Virus record (IMG/VR): IMGVR_UViG_3300029554_000001
Length of the DNA stretch: 64,000 bases
Reading direction: 5' to 3' (one strand)
Source: a virus
The translations under genes and the position numbers were made by a program. Shown piece after piece: positions 55,313-62,447 of the stretch (position 1 is its first letter; each line of letters begins with the position of its first letter). Below the pieces are notes generated by a model. The model made no database searches, was not told where the DNA came from, and was given only the letters and a program-made list of their open reading frames with translations.

Positions 55313-55825
55313 TTACTCATAATCTTCCTCACAATCCTCATCTTCATCCTTGAAATCATCATACTTACCTGCTAAGTCCTTACGAAGAGCATTGACTGCA
55401 CGAGCTTCAAGGAGAGCCTTAAGAGCCCGTTCATCGAGTTCACAATCAATATCACGAGTGTTGCAGATTTCCTCACCAGCTTCGTCAAACAAAGCTTTCT
55501 TTTCGTAGCTGAGGACACAAGGATAAGTGATACCATCAACCTTAACTTCGAGGACTTCATCAGGGTTGATTTCCTTCTCATTCATAGAGGACTCAAACTG
55601 GGCCTGAGCCATAACCTCCATGACGAGAGCCATGCCAGTCTTGTCACTGTTATTAACAATACGCTGAATAACAGCAAGACCAGCTTCACGGTCGCGGTCA
55701 TTGACAGAACCCATGCAGCCGCATTTAATTCCGTCGATATAAAGGAATTCCATGTTAGTGCTGTTTTCCTTCATGAGCTGGACGCGATTGAGGGACTTCT
55801 TGGTGTTGATGTTGATGTTAGCCAT
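55313..55825 (-). CDS. hypothetical protein with highly acidic C-terminus (170 aa)
   Basis: AGAAAGG-8 nt-ATG 55825; the track N-terminal extension lacks an SD. Confidence 0.6.
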   Translation of the reverse strand: MANININTKKSLNRVQLMKENSTNMEFLYIDGIKCGCMGSVNDRDREAGLAVIQRIVNNSDKTGMALVMEVMAQAQFESSMNEKEINPDEVLEVKVDGITYPCVLSYEKKALFDEAGEEICNTRDIDCELDERALKALLEARAVNALRKDLAGKYDDFKDEDEDCEEDYE

Positions 55826-55934
55826 AATAGACCTTTCTCTCGTGGGTTTTAATGTCTTTTTCCTTGACAAATTTATTGAGCTTAAAGGCTCATTAAAGTG
55901 CAGGATATATTTCAATCCTGCGCTCTATCAACCT

Positions 55935-56141
55935 TTACGGCTTTTCAATCAGGTCTTTTATTTGAGCTCTTAAACAAATTAAAGTGCCGATTCTTGTGCA
56001 ACAATAACTAATATCTGCATTATTACCTTGGGATTTAGCTTCTTTTGCATTTTCAATTTCAATGTCCATCGCTTGTAACAACTCATACCTTGCTTGCTTG
56101 AGGAAATAGTCTGCTCTACCCTGATGAGTCTTGTTATTCAT
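55935..56141 (-). CDS. hypothetical protein (68 aa), paralogue of 56157-56342
   Basis: AAAGGAG SD; shared CT(R/E)IG(T/V)L(I/V)..(R/K)...(I/L)I(E/K) block. Confidence 0.55.
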   Translation of the reverse strand: MNNKTHQGRADYFLKQARYELLQAMDIEIENAKEAKSQGNNADISYCCTRIGTLICLRAQIKDLIEKP

Positions 56142-56156
56142 ATTAATTGTTCTCCT

Positions 56157-56342
56157 TTAGAGTTCTTTGATGATATCATTTGCATAATTTTTCAGTGCTA
56201 CAAGAACACCGATTTCCGTACAAATTGGCTCGATATTACTCTCAGGATTAAAAGCGATACGGTCTTTCAATCTCTGAGTTTCCTCTTCGATTGCTTTCTG
56301 AAGAAGATATTCAGTACGGTTGGTTAGATAAGTTTTATCCAT
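56157..56342 (-). CDS. hypothetical protein (61 aa), paralogue of 55935-56141
   Basis: AAAGGAA SD. Confidence 0.55.
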   Translation of the reverse strand: MDKTYLTNRTEYLLQKAIEEETQRLKDRIAFNPESNIEPICTEIGVLVALKNYANDIIKEL

Positions 56343-56388
56343 AATTTTAATTCCTTTCTTAATTAAAATGCAAAATATATTTTAACCT

Positions 56389-56715
56389 TTAGAAGTTAAG
56401 AGCAGGGACAGTAAGCAGATACATATTCCAGTAATCCCAATTTTTGTTAAGTTCTTTTAAAAGATGAGAAGGGCTGATTCTCCAATCAGGAGATGTAGGG
56501 ACACCATTATCTTCCAATTGGTCAACAAGTTTAATCTTGTTAAGAAGAAGAAATTCTTCCAGTTTCTCCTTATTGATTTTATTGAAGCCATCTTTCTGAA
56601 TACATACAGCCCACATAATATTCTCCACAACTGTTCTATGGTTGGAAGAATAAACAGGGTAGAAATTGACTCCATCATGGGCAACGAGGACGTAGTTATA
56701 AGTCTGATTAGTCAT
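56389..56715 (-). CDS. hypothetical protein (108 aa)
   Basis: GAGGAGG SD within the end of the upstream gene. Confidence 0.6.
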   Translation of the reverse strand: MTNQTYNYVLVAHDGVNFYPVYSSNHRTVVENIMWAVCIQKDGFNKINKEKLEEFLLLNKIKLVDQLEDNGVPTSPDWRISPSHLLKELNKNWDYWNMYLLTVPALNF

Positions 56716-56717
56716 AG

Positions 56718-56882
56718 TTAAAAATCCTCCTCTTCCTGAGCGTCAGTAGCTTCAAAATCATCAGACCAAGTAATATCTTCTTTACCATAGCCCTCGACCT
56801 TGGCAAAAGCATCATTTTCAGATTCGGCTTCAACCTGAACAAAGCCATAACGAGCAAACGTGACATTGTAAATCTTTTTCAT
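56718..56882 (-). CDS. hypothetical acidic protein (54 aa)
   Basis: AAAGGAAA SD; below the track cutoff. Confidence 0.45.
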   Translation of the reverse strand: MKKIYNVTFARYGFVQVEAESENDAFAKVEGYGKEDITWSDDFEATDAQEEEDF

Positions 56883-56917
56883 AGTATTATTTCCTTTCTT
56901 AATTCAGATGTTTAAAA

Positions 56918-57220
56918 TTAGATTTCGATTTCAAAGATTTTGCCATCCCAGTTATCATGGTTAGTAGTTTCAGCCCATGCACAAGTACCCTCGAAGTTGT
57001 TCTCGTCATCGAAAATGTCATTATCAATGAGAGAATCAATAGCTTTTTCAAGCTCTTCTTTTGTAGTGACAACATACTTATTATAATCATCTGCATCAAG
57101 ATGCCGACAAGCCTCAAGAAACAAATTGAACAAGTGAATCTGAGCTTTCTCCATGGTATCAAAGAAATAAGGATGACCAATCTCACGTTCGCAAGTATCA
57201 GTGACCATAAACTTCTTCAT
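56918..57220 (-). CDS. small acidic protein, paralogue of 49195-49497
   Basis: AAAGGAAAG SD; first gene after the minus promoter at 57312-57340. Confidence 0.65.
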   Translation of the reverse strand: MKKFMVTDTCEREIGHPYFFDTMEKAQIHLFNLFLEACRHLDADDYNKYVVTTKEELEKAIDSLIDNDIFDDENNFEGTCAWAETTNHDNWDGKIFEIEI

Positions 57221-57311
57221 AATTTTCTTTCCTTTCTTAAATCACAAATGTTGTTTAGTTCTCATCAATGCAAAAGCAACTTGTATCAGAATCAACTTTA
57301 TTATTGGTTAT

Positions 57312-57340
57312 ATTATACTTTCCTTTCTTAATGGTGTCAA
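57312..57340 (-). promoter_or_regulatory. minus-strand sigma70-like promoter upstream of 56918-57220
   Basis: Reverse complement reads AATACTTGACA-N17-TATAAT. Confidence 0.6.
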
Positions 57341-57368
57341 GTATTTAAAAAGAAATTTTACAAACTAC

Positions 57369-57397
57369 TTGACAAGTGTTGTGATTTGTGTTATATT
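57369..57397 (+). promoter_or_regulatory. plus-strand sigma70-like promoter inside the minus block
   Basis: TTGACA-N17-TATATT, TGT extension; divergent from the minus promoter 57312-57340. Confidence 0.55.
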
Positions 57398-57398
57398 A

Positions 57399-57640
57399 CA
57401 CTCATCAAGCAAGGTATGTAACTTTTACTTGATGAGTGTAGGTTTTACAATACCTGTAACTGTGGATTAGTTACGATGGTACACGATACGAACGACCGAG
57501 ATTTGTCTATCCATATCAACATGTAAAATTTTCTACATATTAATTTCTCCTTTCGTGAGTAATTATGTAAACAGGCTTTACAGGAGTCTGGTGTCTTAAG
57601 TAAGACTGGTAGTTAGTAGCTACCAGTCTTTTCTCTTTTA
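57399..57640 (+). ncRNA. predicted antisense RNA covering peptide ORF d
   Basis: Promoter 57369-57397; 5' hairpin ACACTCATCAAG...CTTGATGAGTGT; terminator 57603-57629 plus T-run. Confidence 0.4.
57467..57538 (-). CDS. ATG-TAG small peptide, member d: MXKILHVDMDRQISVVRIVYHRN
   Basis: AAAGGAG-8 nt-ATG TAG. Aligns with member e but is less hydrophobic (possibly decayed). Confidence 0.35.
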
Positions 57641-58570
57641 CTTCTTATAAACCATAAAGGTGAGAAGATAATCACGAATCTTTTCAGCGGGATGTCCTTC
57701 ATGCTCTTCAATCTTGTCCTGAGCAACACGAACAAACTCATCACAGCTCTTATACTGCTTAAGGTTCAGCAGAAAATAGTTGAATGCTTTGGTATCCTCA
57801 CAGTGCTTGTAGCAAGCAGAAATTCCTGCCAACATGCGCTGAGTATAAACCATATCATCCTTCCAACCAGTCCCCTGAAGAACAGCGAACACAAAACGAA
57901 GAGCGTTTTCACCATCGCGTTTAACAATACGATACAGCTCTTCAATTGCATTGATATTGTTATAGCGGTTAATGGTGCTATTGCGATTGGTCTTAACAGT
58001 CAGACCAAATTCCTTTGTGACCTGATTGATAATTACTGCTGTAGGCTTCTTGGCACAAAGTTCAGCTTTATATCTTTCATAGCCACGAAGATTGGTCTTA
58101 CCCTCGTTCTGAGTAGCAAACAAATCTGCTTCTTCTTCCAGAGTAAGATTGATAAATACTTTGCAAGTGATAGCATAGATGGGGAAGCCTTTACTCTGCA
58201 TATAAAGCAGAGCACTCAAGGTATGAGCCCCATCCATAAGAAACAGATGCCAAGTATTACCAACTTTACGAATAGAAGCCGCTTTAATTTCAACCTTGTT
58301 GATATTAAAGTTGTTGGTAATTTTAGCTACTTCATAGTTTTTGGGTTCGCGCTGATAGTGCAAGTCAATTTCAGGCATAAAAAGAGGAATGTCTCTAATA
58401 GCCCAGTTACGACCATCTTCTCTCTTTTCAATCTCCCTTTCCACAGAGAGCTTAAAGGCATAAACGGTCTTGGACTGTTCATTGGTGATTGCTTTGGGCT
58501 TAAGTGCATCGAACAGGACTTCACTGACGGACTTTTCGTTCTTGATGTTGGTGAGATTAATCTTCTTCAT
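57638..58570 (-). CDS. ParB/sulfiredoxin-fold (ParB-like nuclease / DGQHR-like) domain protein
   Basis: YQREP...FLMDGAHTLSAL resembles the ParB N-terminal-domain core (DGxHR-type); AAAGGAA SD. Tentative. Confidence 0.45.
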   Translation of the reverse strand: MKKINLTNIKNEKSVSEVLFDALKPKAITNEQSKTVYAFKLSVEREIEKREDGRNWAIRDIPLFMPEIDLHYQREPKNYEVAKITNNFNINKVEIKAASIRKVGNTWHLFLMDGAHTLSALLYMQSKGFPIYAITCKVFINLTLEEEADLFATQNEGKTNLRGYERYKAELCAKKPTAVIINQVTKEFGLTVKTNRNSTINRYNNINAIEELYRIVKRDGENALRFVFAVLQGTGWKDDMVYTQRMLAGISACYKHCEDTKAFNYFLLNLKQYKSCDEFVRVAQDKIEEHEGHPAEKIRDYLLTFMVYKK

Positions 58571-58613
58571 GATTCTAAATTCCTTTCAAGTTAAAAAAGT
58601 TTGTAGTTATCAC

Positions 58614-58642
58614 TTGACAGATATTATCAAGTGTGCTAAGAT
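58614..58642 (+). promoter_or_regulatory. plus-strand sigma70-like promoter inside the minus block
   Basis: TTGACA-N17-TAAGAT. Confidence 0.5.
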
Positions 58643-58643
58643 A

Positions 58644-58885
58644 AACACAAGTAGAAAGCCTACACTCTCTACTTGTGATGCAATTAATACGGATTAATTA
58701 CGATTGTAAATGATGAAGACTATTATTATAGACCAATAATAGTCAACTGCTAAGATTTTCTACATAGCAAAACTCCTTTCTAATTTAATAATACATTAAT
58801 TCATTGTAGGCTAAATTAATGTGCGAGTGAATAAGTTGGGCTTAAACACTCTATTGAGGGATGGAAGTTATTTTCCATCCCTCTA
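58644..58885 (+). ncRNA. predicted antisense RNA covering peptide ORF e
   Basis: Promoter 58614-58642. 5' hairpin CACAAGTAGA-loop AAGCCTACACTC-TCTACTTGTG. Distal hairpin 58856-58883 has no clear T-run. Confidence 0.35.
58694..58765 (-). CDS. ATG-TAG small peptide, member e: MXKILAVDYYWSIIIVFIIYNRN
   Basis: AAAGGAG-7 nt-ATG TAG; hydrophobic core SIIIVFII. Confidence 0.45.
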
Positions 58886-58892
58886 ACAATGT

Positions 58893-59087
58893 TTAAACTC
58901 TTTCAACCTTATAAGGCTTGCAAGCAACAACATCGAAATTGTTTACAAGCCAGTCAGGTTTGGTTTCTTTAGTATTAAGGAATTTACAAACAATGTTTGC
59001 AAGCACTTCACTGTTAAATACAGTTTTTTCCTTCATACTCATTGTAACTGTTACGGATTTTCCGTATTTGTTTGTAATCTTAAACAT
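58893..59087 (-). CDS. hypothetical protein (64 aa)
   Basis: GGAGG-7 nt-ATG 59087, overlapping the upstream stop (ATGTTTAA). Confidence 0.5.
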   Translation of the reverse strand: MFKITNKYGKSVTVTMSMKEKTVFNSEVLANIVCKFLNTKETKPDWLVNNFDVVACKPYKVERV

Positions 59088-59394
59088 GCCACACCTCCGT
59101 CTTGATGCCCTTACCGTTATAATAACGACGAGCACCATAATTGGCTCTGTCACTGAAGCACTCAGCACAAGGAATTAATTCCTTACGCTTTCCCTCCTTG
59201 ATTTCCTTGAGTGAAAGATTGAAGCACTGTTCAACCTCACACTTATCACACATCTTACAGGATTTACCCTTGCAAATGTTTTCGCAGAAGTTGTTCTTAA
59301 CTTTGCAGAGATGCTTAATACCCCAAGAGGAATTCATCTCAGCTAAGGTCTGGTCGAGAGTGTAGTTATGACCTATAACACTAATCTTTTTCAT
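59080..59394 (-). CDS. Cys-rich protein (104 aa)
   Basis: AAAGGAG SD; CKVKNNFCENICKGKSCKMCDKCEVEQC. Confidence 0.6.
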   Translation of the reverse strand: MKKISVIGHNYTLDQTLAEMNSSWGIKHLCKVKNNFCENICKGKSCKMCDKCEVEQCFNLSLKEIKEGKRKELIPCAECFSDRANYGARRYYNGKGIKTEVWHV

Positions 59395-59457
59395 TTTACT
59401 TTGACTCCTTTCAAGTCTGTATTAAATTTAATTTTAAATTTGTCTTAAGCTATATGG

Positions 59458-59790
59458 TTAGAAACAAATACGTTTCTTTTTGATTTTGGTAAGCATCCAA
59501 CACCAAGGATTTCCAAAATCATCTTCAAGAGGAGTAACCTTAATGGTTACAAGCACCTCAGTACTAAGATGCTCAAGGATATAATCCAAATTCTTAAGAG
59601 AGAAAACATATCTTTCTTTTGTATCATCTTTAGTGCTTTTTGCGCACCATTTAATGATTTCTTTCAAGCCCGAATCAATCAGGCAGTTCAGGTTCCCATA
59701 AGTGTCAAGCGTTTTATTAAGAGAAGGTGCTTCTAAATGGGTAGGATTGTTGGTGAGAGAGCGAACGGTGTTTTTTAATTTCTTGGACAT
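59458..59790 (-). CDS. hypothetical protein (110 aa), weak paralogue of 36799-37113
   Basis: AAAGGAAA SD. Confidence 0.6.
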   Translation of the reverse strand: MSKKLKNTVRSLTNNPTHLEAPSLNKTLDTYGNLNCLIDSGLKEIIKWCAKSTKDDTKERYVFSLKNLDYILEHLSTEVLVTIKVTPLEDDFGNPWCWMLTKIKKKRICF

Positions 59791-59826
59791 TTTCTTTATT
59801 TCCTTTCTTTTGTTGATTATTGATAT

Positions 59827-60018
59827 TTACACTTGCTTAAGATACTTAAGGTTTAATTCTAATTTGGAATCCATTGTTAAGCCATTTTCGCGCTTGATTC
59901 TGCCACACAAGTTATTCAAAGCTTGTTTCTCAGAAGAAGCCGTGGTATAACCAGAAAAATGGCAATAATAGTTATACCATCTGGTTACGGGACCATCGTA
60001 GTAATATTTGAGTTTCAT
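59827..60018 (-). CDS. hypothetical protein (63 aa)
   Basis: AAAGGAGG-7 nt-ATG 60018. Confidence 0.5.
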   Translation of the reverse strand: MKLKYYYDGPVTRWYNYYCHFSGYTTASSEKQALNNLCGRIKRENGLTMDSKLELNLKYLKQV

Positions 60019-60037
60019 ATATACACCTCCTTTCAAC

Positions 60038-60283
60038 TCAAATAAAATTGAAAACTTTACACTCTTCATGGACATAGCCTCCAAGAACTTCAGGACAGGA
60101 CTGGAAATAACCAGATGCATCCTGAATGTGGATGAGAATGGTATCGTCCATATTTAATGAACCTTTGCGCACTTTTGCTCTAAGCGAGCGACGAATTCGT
60201 TCCCAAATGTTGCACTTTTCTTCGAATACATCATAGATGACTTTGCCATCCTTTTTGACATATCCACTATACCATCTTGTCAT
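60038..60283 (-). CDS. hypothetical protein (81 aa)
   Basis: AAAGGAGGG 12 nt before ATG 60283. Its SD/5' end overlaps the plus-strand promoter at 60290-60318. Confidence 0.5.
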   Translation of the reverse strand: MTRWYSGYVKKDGKVIYDVFEEKCNIWERIRRSLRAKVRKGSLNMDDTILIHIQDASGYFQSCPEVLGGYVHEECKVFNFI

Positions 60284-60289
60284 AACTAC

Positions 60290-60318
60290 TTGACACCCTC
60301 CTTTTGTTGTGTTATAAT
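60290..60318 (+). promoter_or_regulatory. plus-strand sigma70-like promoter inside the minus block
   Basis: TTGACA-N17-TATAAT, TGT extension. Confidence 0.6.
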
Positions 60319-60319
60319 A

Positions 60320-60655
60320 CCTAATAAGAAAAGTGGTTGACCAATCCACTCTTCTTATTAAATTGATTAGTCTAAGTCTAACTTAGATATATCTATCTGG
60401 AAGAATTCAATCAGCTATTCAACACTTAGGTGTTGCATGTACCAATTAAATTCAAACTCAGAAGTGATATACTACTTCAGAATAGAACCAATCTTTGCTT
60501 TATTACTAAGACTATCCTACATGAATTCCTCCTTTCTTTTAACTCGTTAGTGTTGTGACTAACTTGTTATTCGTTATCTTATTGGTCAGATAAGATAGAG
60601 TCTTAGCTGCAACTAAGCACTCTATGAAGGGTAGGAGCATATGTTCCTACCCTTT
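60320..60655 (+). ncRNA. predicted antisense RNA covering ORF f
   Basis: Promoter 60290-60318; 5' hairpin ~60324-60359; distal hairpin 60629-60652 followed by TTT. Confidence 0.35.
60367..60522 (-). CDS. ATG-TAG ORF, member f (51 codons; TAG at codons 2, 17, 36)
   Basis: AAAGGAGG-5 nt-ATG TAG. Same module architecture as the small peptides, but the product is longer and not hydrophobic. Confidence 0.35.
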
Positions 60656-60663
60656 AACAATGC

Positions 60664-61005
60664 TTAGATGTTATCCCACTGATTAGTGATGAAATTAAAG
60701 CATCGAACAGTTCCACCAATCTTTTTCTCCCAGCGGGGGTTGTTTTTGTTCAATGTATAAGTGGCAAGGCGACTTTTAGCAGCCGTGACAATAATATCAT
60801 ACTGACCGAGTTCCTGAAGAGACTTGATATAGTTCATGAGTTTGACATCATTTTCAAATTCGATGTCAATTGTTCTGGAAGCACTGACAATATCAGTGCA
60901 ATGGTCATCCACACCTTCAGGTTTCCACCCCTGTTCAAAGTGGCTGATAATAGAATCAATATCATAGATGCAGATGCGTTTAACAAACTTAACAGTGTAA
61001 TTCAT
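60664..61005 (-). CDS. hypothetical protein (113 aa)
   Basis: AAAGGAAAA SD. The stop is followed by the conserved GCATTGTTA-hairpin-ATAGAGTGCTTAG junction. Confidence 0.6.
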   Translation of the reverse strand: MNYTVKFVKRICIYDIDSIISHFEQGWKPEGVDDHCTDIVSASRTIDIEFENDVKLMNYIKSLQELGQYDIIVTAAKSRLATYTLNKNNPRWEKKIGGTVRCFNFITNQWDNI

Positions 61006-61034
61006 TTCTTTTTTCCTTTCTGTTTATAAAAGTC

Positions 61035-61063
61035 TTGACAAGCACAATTTCATGTGTTATACT
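61035..61063 (+). promoter_or_regulatory. plus-strand sigma70-like promoter inside the minus block
   Basis: TTGACA-N17-TATACT, TGT extension. Confidence 0.6.
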
Positions 61064-61064
61064 T

Positions 61065-61295
61065 GTTATTAGAATAAGAGAAGTGCCTACACACCTCTCT
61101 TATTAATAAGCTTTTATTCTTCTTAGAAATTATAGTTCTTTAGAATTACAACTACAACGACGTTTAAAGAATAATTGACTGAAATAATCTTCTTCATTGT
61201 TTTACCTCCTTAAGAAGATAAAAGCAAACAAGGATGTAGGTCCTTATTCACTACAGAGGAGAGATGTGGGGATATCTCTCCTTCTGTTATATTTG
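61065..61295 (+). ncRNA. predicted antisense RNA covering peptide ORF g
   Basis: Promoter 61035-61063. 5' hairpin AATAAGAGA-loop AGTGCCTACACACC-TCTCTTATT. Terminator 61258-61282 plus TTCTGTTATATTT. Confidence 0.4.
61123..61197 (-). CDS. small hydrophobic peptide, member g (no TAG): MKKIISVNYSLNVVVVVILKNYNF
   Basis: AAGGAGG-7 nt-ATG AAG. Closest relatives are members h, i and j. Differs from i by 11 synonymous and 4 non-synonymous codons. Confidence 0.5.
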   Translation of the reverse strand: MKKIISVNYSLNVVVVVILKNYNF

Positions 61296-61326
61296 AGTAG
61301 TTTAACGACTTGCTCAGGTCGAGAGG

Positions 61327-61728
61327 TTAGTTCTGATAATCGTCAGAAACTAATACCCATTCTTCCCCATTACTATCAATAAGATGAATGGTTGTTCTAT
61401 CCTCACTGATAGTTACATTCTGAAGATTAGAGAACCAATCCTCAGTTGTTGTGTAGCTATCCTCAACTCCTTTGTTATAACCAGCGTTATATGCACCAGT
61501 TACGTCTTCGTTAGTGAAGACTTCTGCTGGTGCACTTTTACTGTAATCAATATGGTCAAGAATAACAGCGATTCCAATCGCAAGGACAACTACCAGAATA
61601 AACATAGCTCTGGGATTCATGCTCTTATTTTGAGCTATTGCTTCAAGATTAATAACAAGACCGTACACAATCATGATAGCAACAATAGCAATAGCAACAA
61701 TGGTAACATTGGTAATATTGATAAACAT
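61327..61728 (-). CDS. membrane protein (133 aa)
   Basis: The second ATG (61728) has proper SD spacing; the track start 61734 is 1 nt from the SD. Two N-terminal TM segments. Confidence 0.55.
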   Translation of the reverse strand: MFINITNVTIVAIAIVAIMIVYGLVINLEAIAQNKSMNPRAMFILVVVLAIGIAVILDHIDYSKSAPAEVFTNEDVTGAYNAGYNKGVEDSYTTTEDWFSNLQNVTISEDRTTIHLIDSNGEEWVLVSDDYQN

Positions 61729-61762
61729 CTTCATTTCCTTTCTGGTTTTTTACGTCTTTTCC

Positions 61763-61791
61763 TTGACAAACAATTATTTATGTGTTATTAT
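61763..61791 (+). promoter_or_regulatory. plus-strand sigma70-like promoter inside the minus block
   Basis: TTGACA-N17-TATTAT (TATAAT 3 nt further), TGT extension. Confidence 0.55.
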
Positions 61792-61837
61792 AATGATGAG
61801 AAGGTTGCCTACACAACCTCCTTAATGCATAATTATC

Positions 61838-61912
61838 TTAGAAGTTGTGATTCTTCAAGATAATCATACTAACTATGCCGAGAACATAGTCAATAAATGT
61901 TATTTTCTACAT
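61838..61912 (-). CDS. ATG-TAG small peptide, member h: MXKITFIDYVLGIVSMIILKNHNF
   Basis: AAAGGTG-5 nt-ATG TAG. Confidence 0.45.
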
Positions 61913-62056
61913 TTTATCACCTTTTCATAATTTAATACTTAATTATAAATTATGTAGGTAATCTATAATTAAGCAGACTGCTTATTGCGACTAAGCACTC
62001 TATAAGATAGAGGAAGATACTCTTATCTTCCTCTACCCTAACAATGCTTATTATGC

Positions 62057-62131
62057 TCAGAAGTTATAATTCTTCAGTATGGCAACTGTTACAACATTAA
62101 GAGCATAATTTACGGAAATCGTTTTCTACAT
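62057..62131 (-). CDS. ATG-TAG small peptide, member i: MXKTISVNYALNVVTVAILKNYNF
   Basis: AAAGGAGG-8 nt-ATG TAG; in tandem with member h. Confidence 0.5.
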
Positions 62132-62219
62132 GATGATTTCCTCCTTTCCGAGTGCGATTTGGATTACTAAGCACTCTATTAAGCCCACCATCAATTACGA
62201 TGATGGGCTTTAACAATGC

Positions 62220-62390
62220 TCAGATAGGGATACAAATAACATATCCATCATCCAAGAATCGGGGATAAAGCTTATTCTTATTGAGAAGCTTATCTCCAAT
62301 CTCTTTTGCTTCCTCCTCATTAGAGGCAGACACGAATACTGTATCACAACCACTAATGATGGAAGTGATATATTTGACTTTGTATGTCAT
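62220..62390 (-). CDS. hypothetical protein (56 aa)
   Basis: AAAGGAA SD; below the track cutoff. The stop is followed by the conserved junction motif. Confidence 0.5.
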   Translation of the reverse strand: MTYKVKYITSIISGCDTVFVSASNEEEAKEIGDKLLNKNKLYPRFLDDGYVICIPI

Positions 62391-62417
62391 TTTCTTTTAT
62401 TCCTTTCTATAAAAGTC

Positions 62418-62446
62418 TTGACAAATACAACTTTATATGTTATACT
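62418..62446 (+). promoter_or_regulatory. plus-strand sigma70-like promoter inside the minus block
   Basis: TTGACA-N17-TATACT, TGT extension. Confidence 0.6.
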
Positions 62447-62447
62447 T

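Larger units (their letters stand above)
61795..62215 (+). ncRNA. predicted antisense RNA(s) covering peptide ORFs h and i
   Basis: Promoter 61763-61791; 5' hairpin with loop CCTACA. Two candidate ends: hairpins ~62010-62035 and ~62186-62211 (+TTT). Confidence 0.35.

Noticed and set aside
57692-58594. 300-aa plus-strand ORF
   Set aside because: Antisense shadow of the ParB-fold gene 57638-58570; no SD and a low-complexity sequence. The same reasoning applies to 48606-49214(+), 47714-48148(+), 62731-63351(+), 13448-13891(-), 9003-9353(-) and the many 60-130-aa ORFs nested opposite or out of frame within longer genes.
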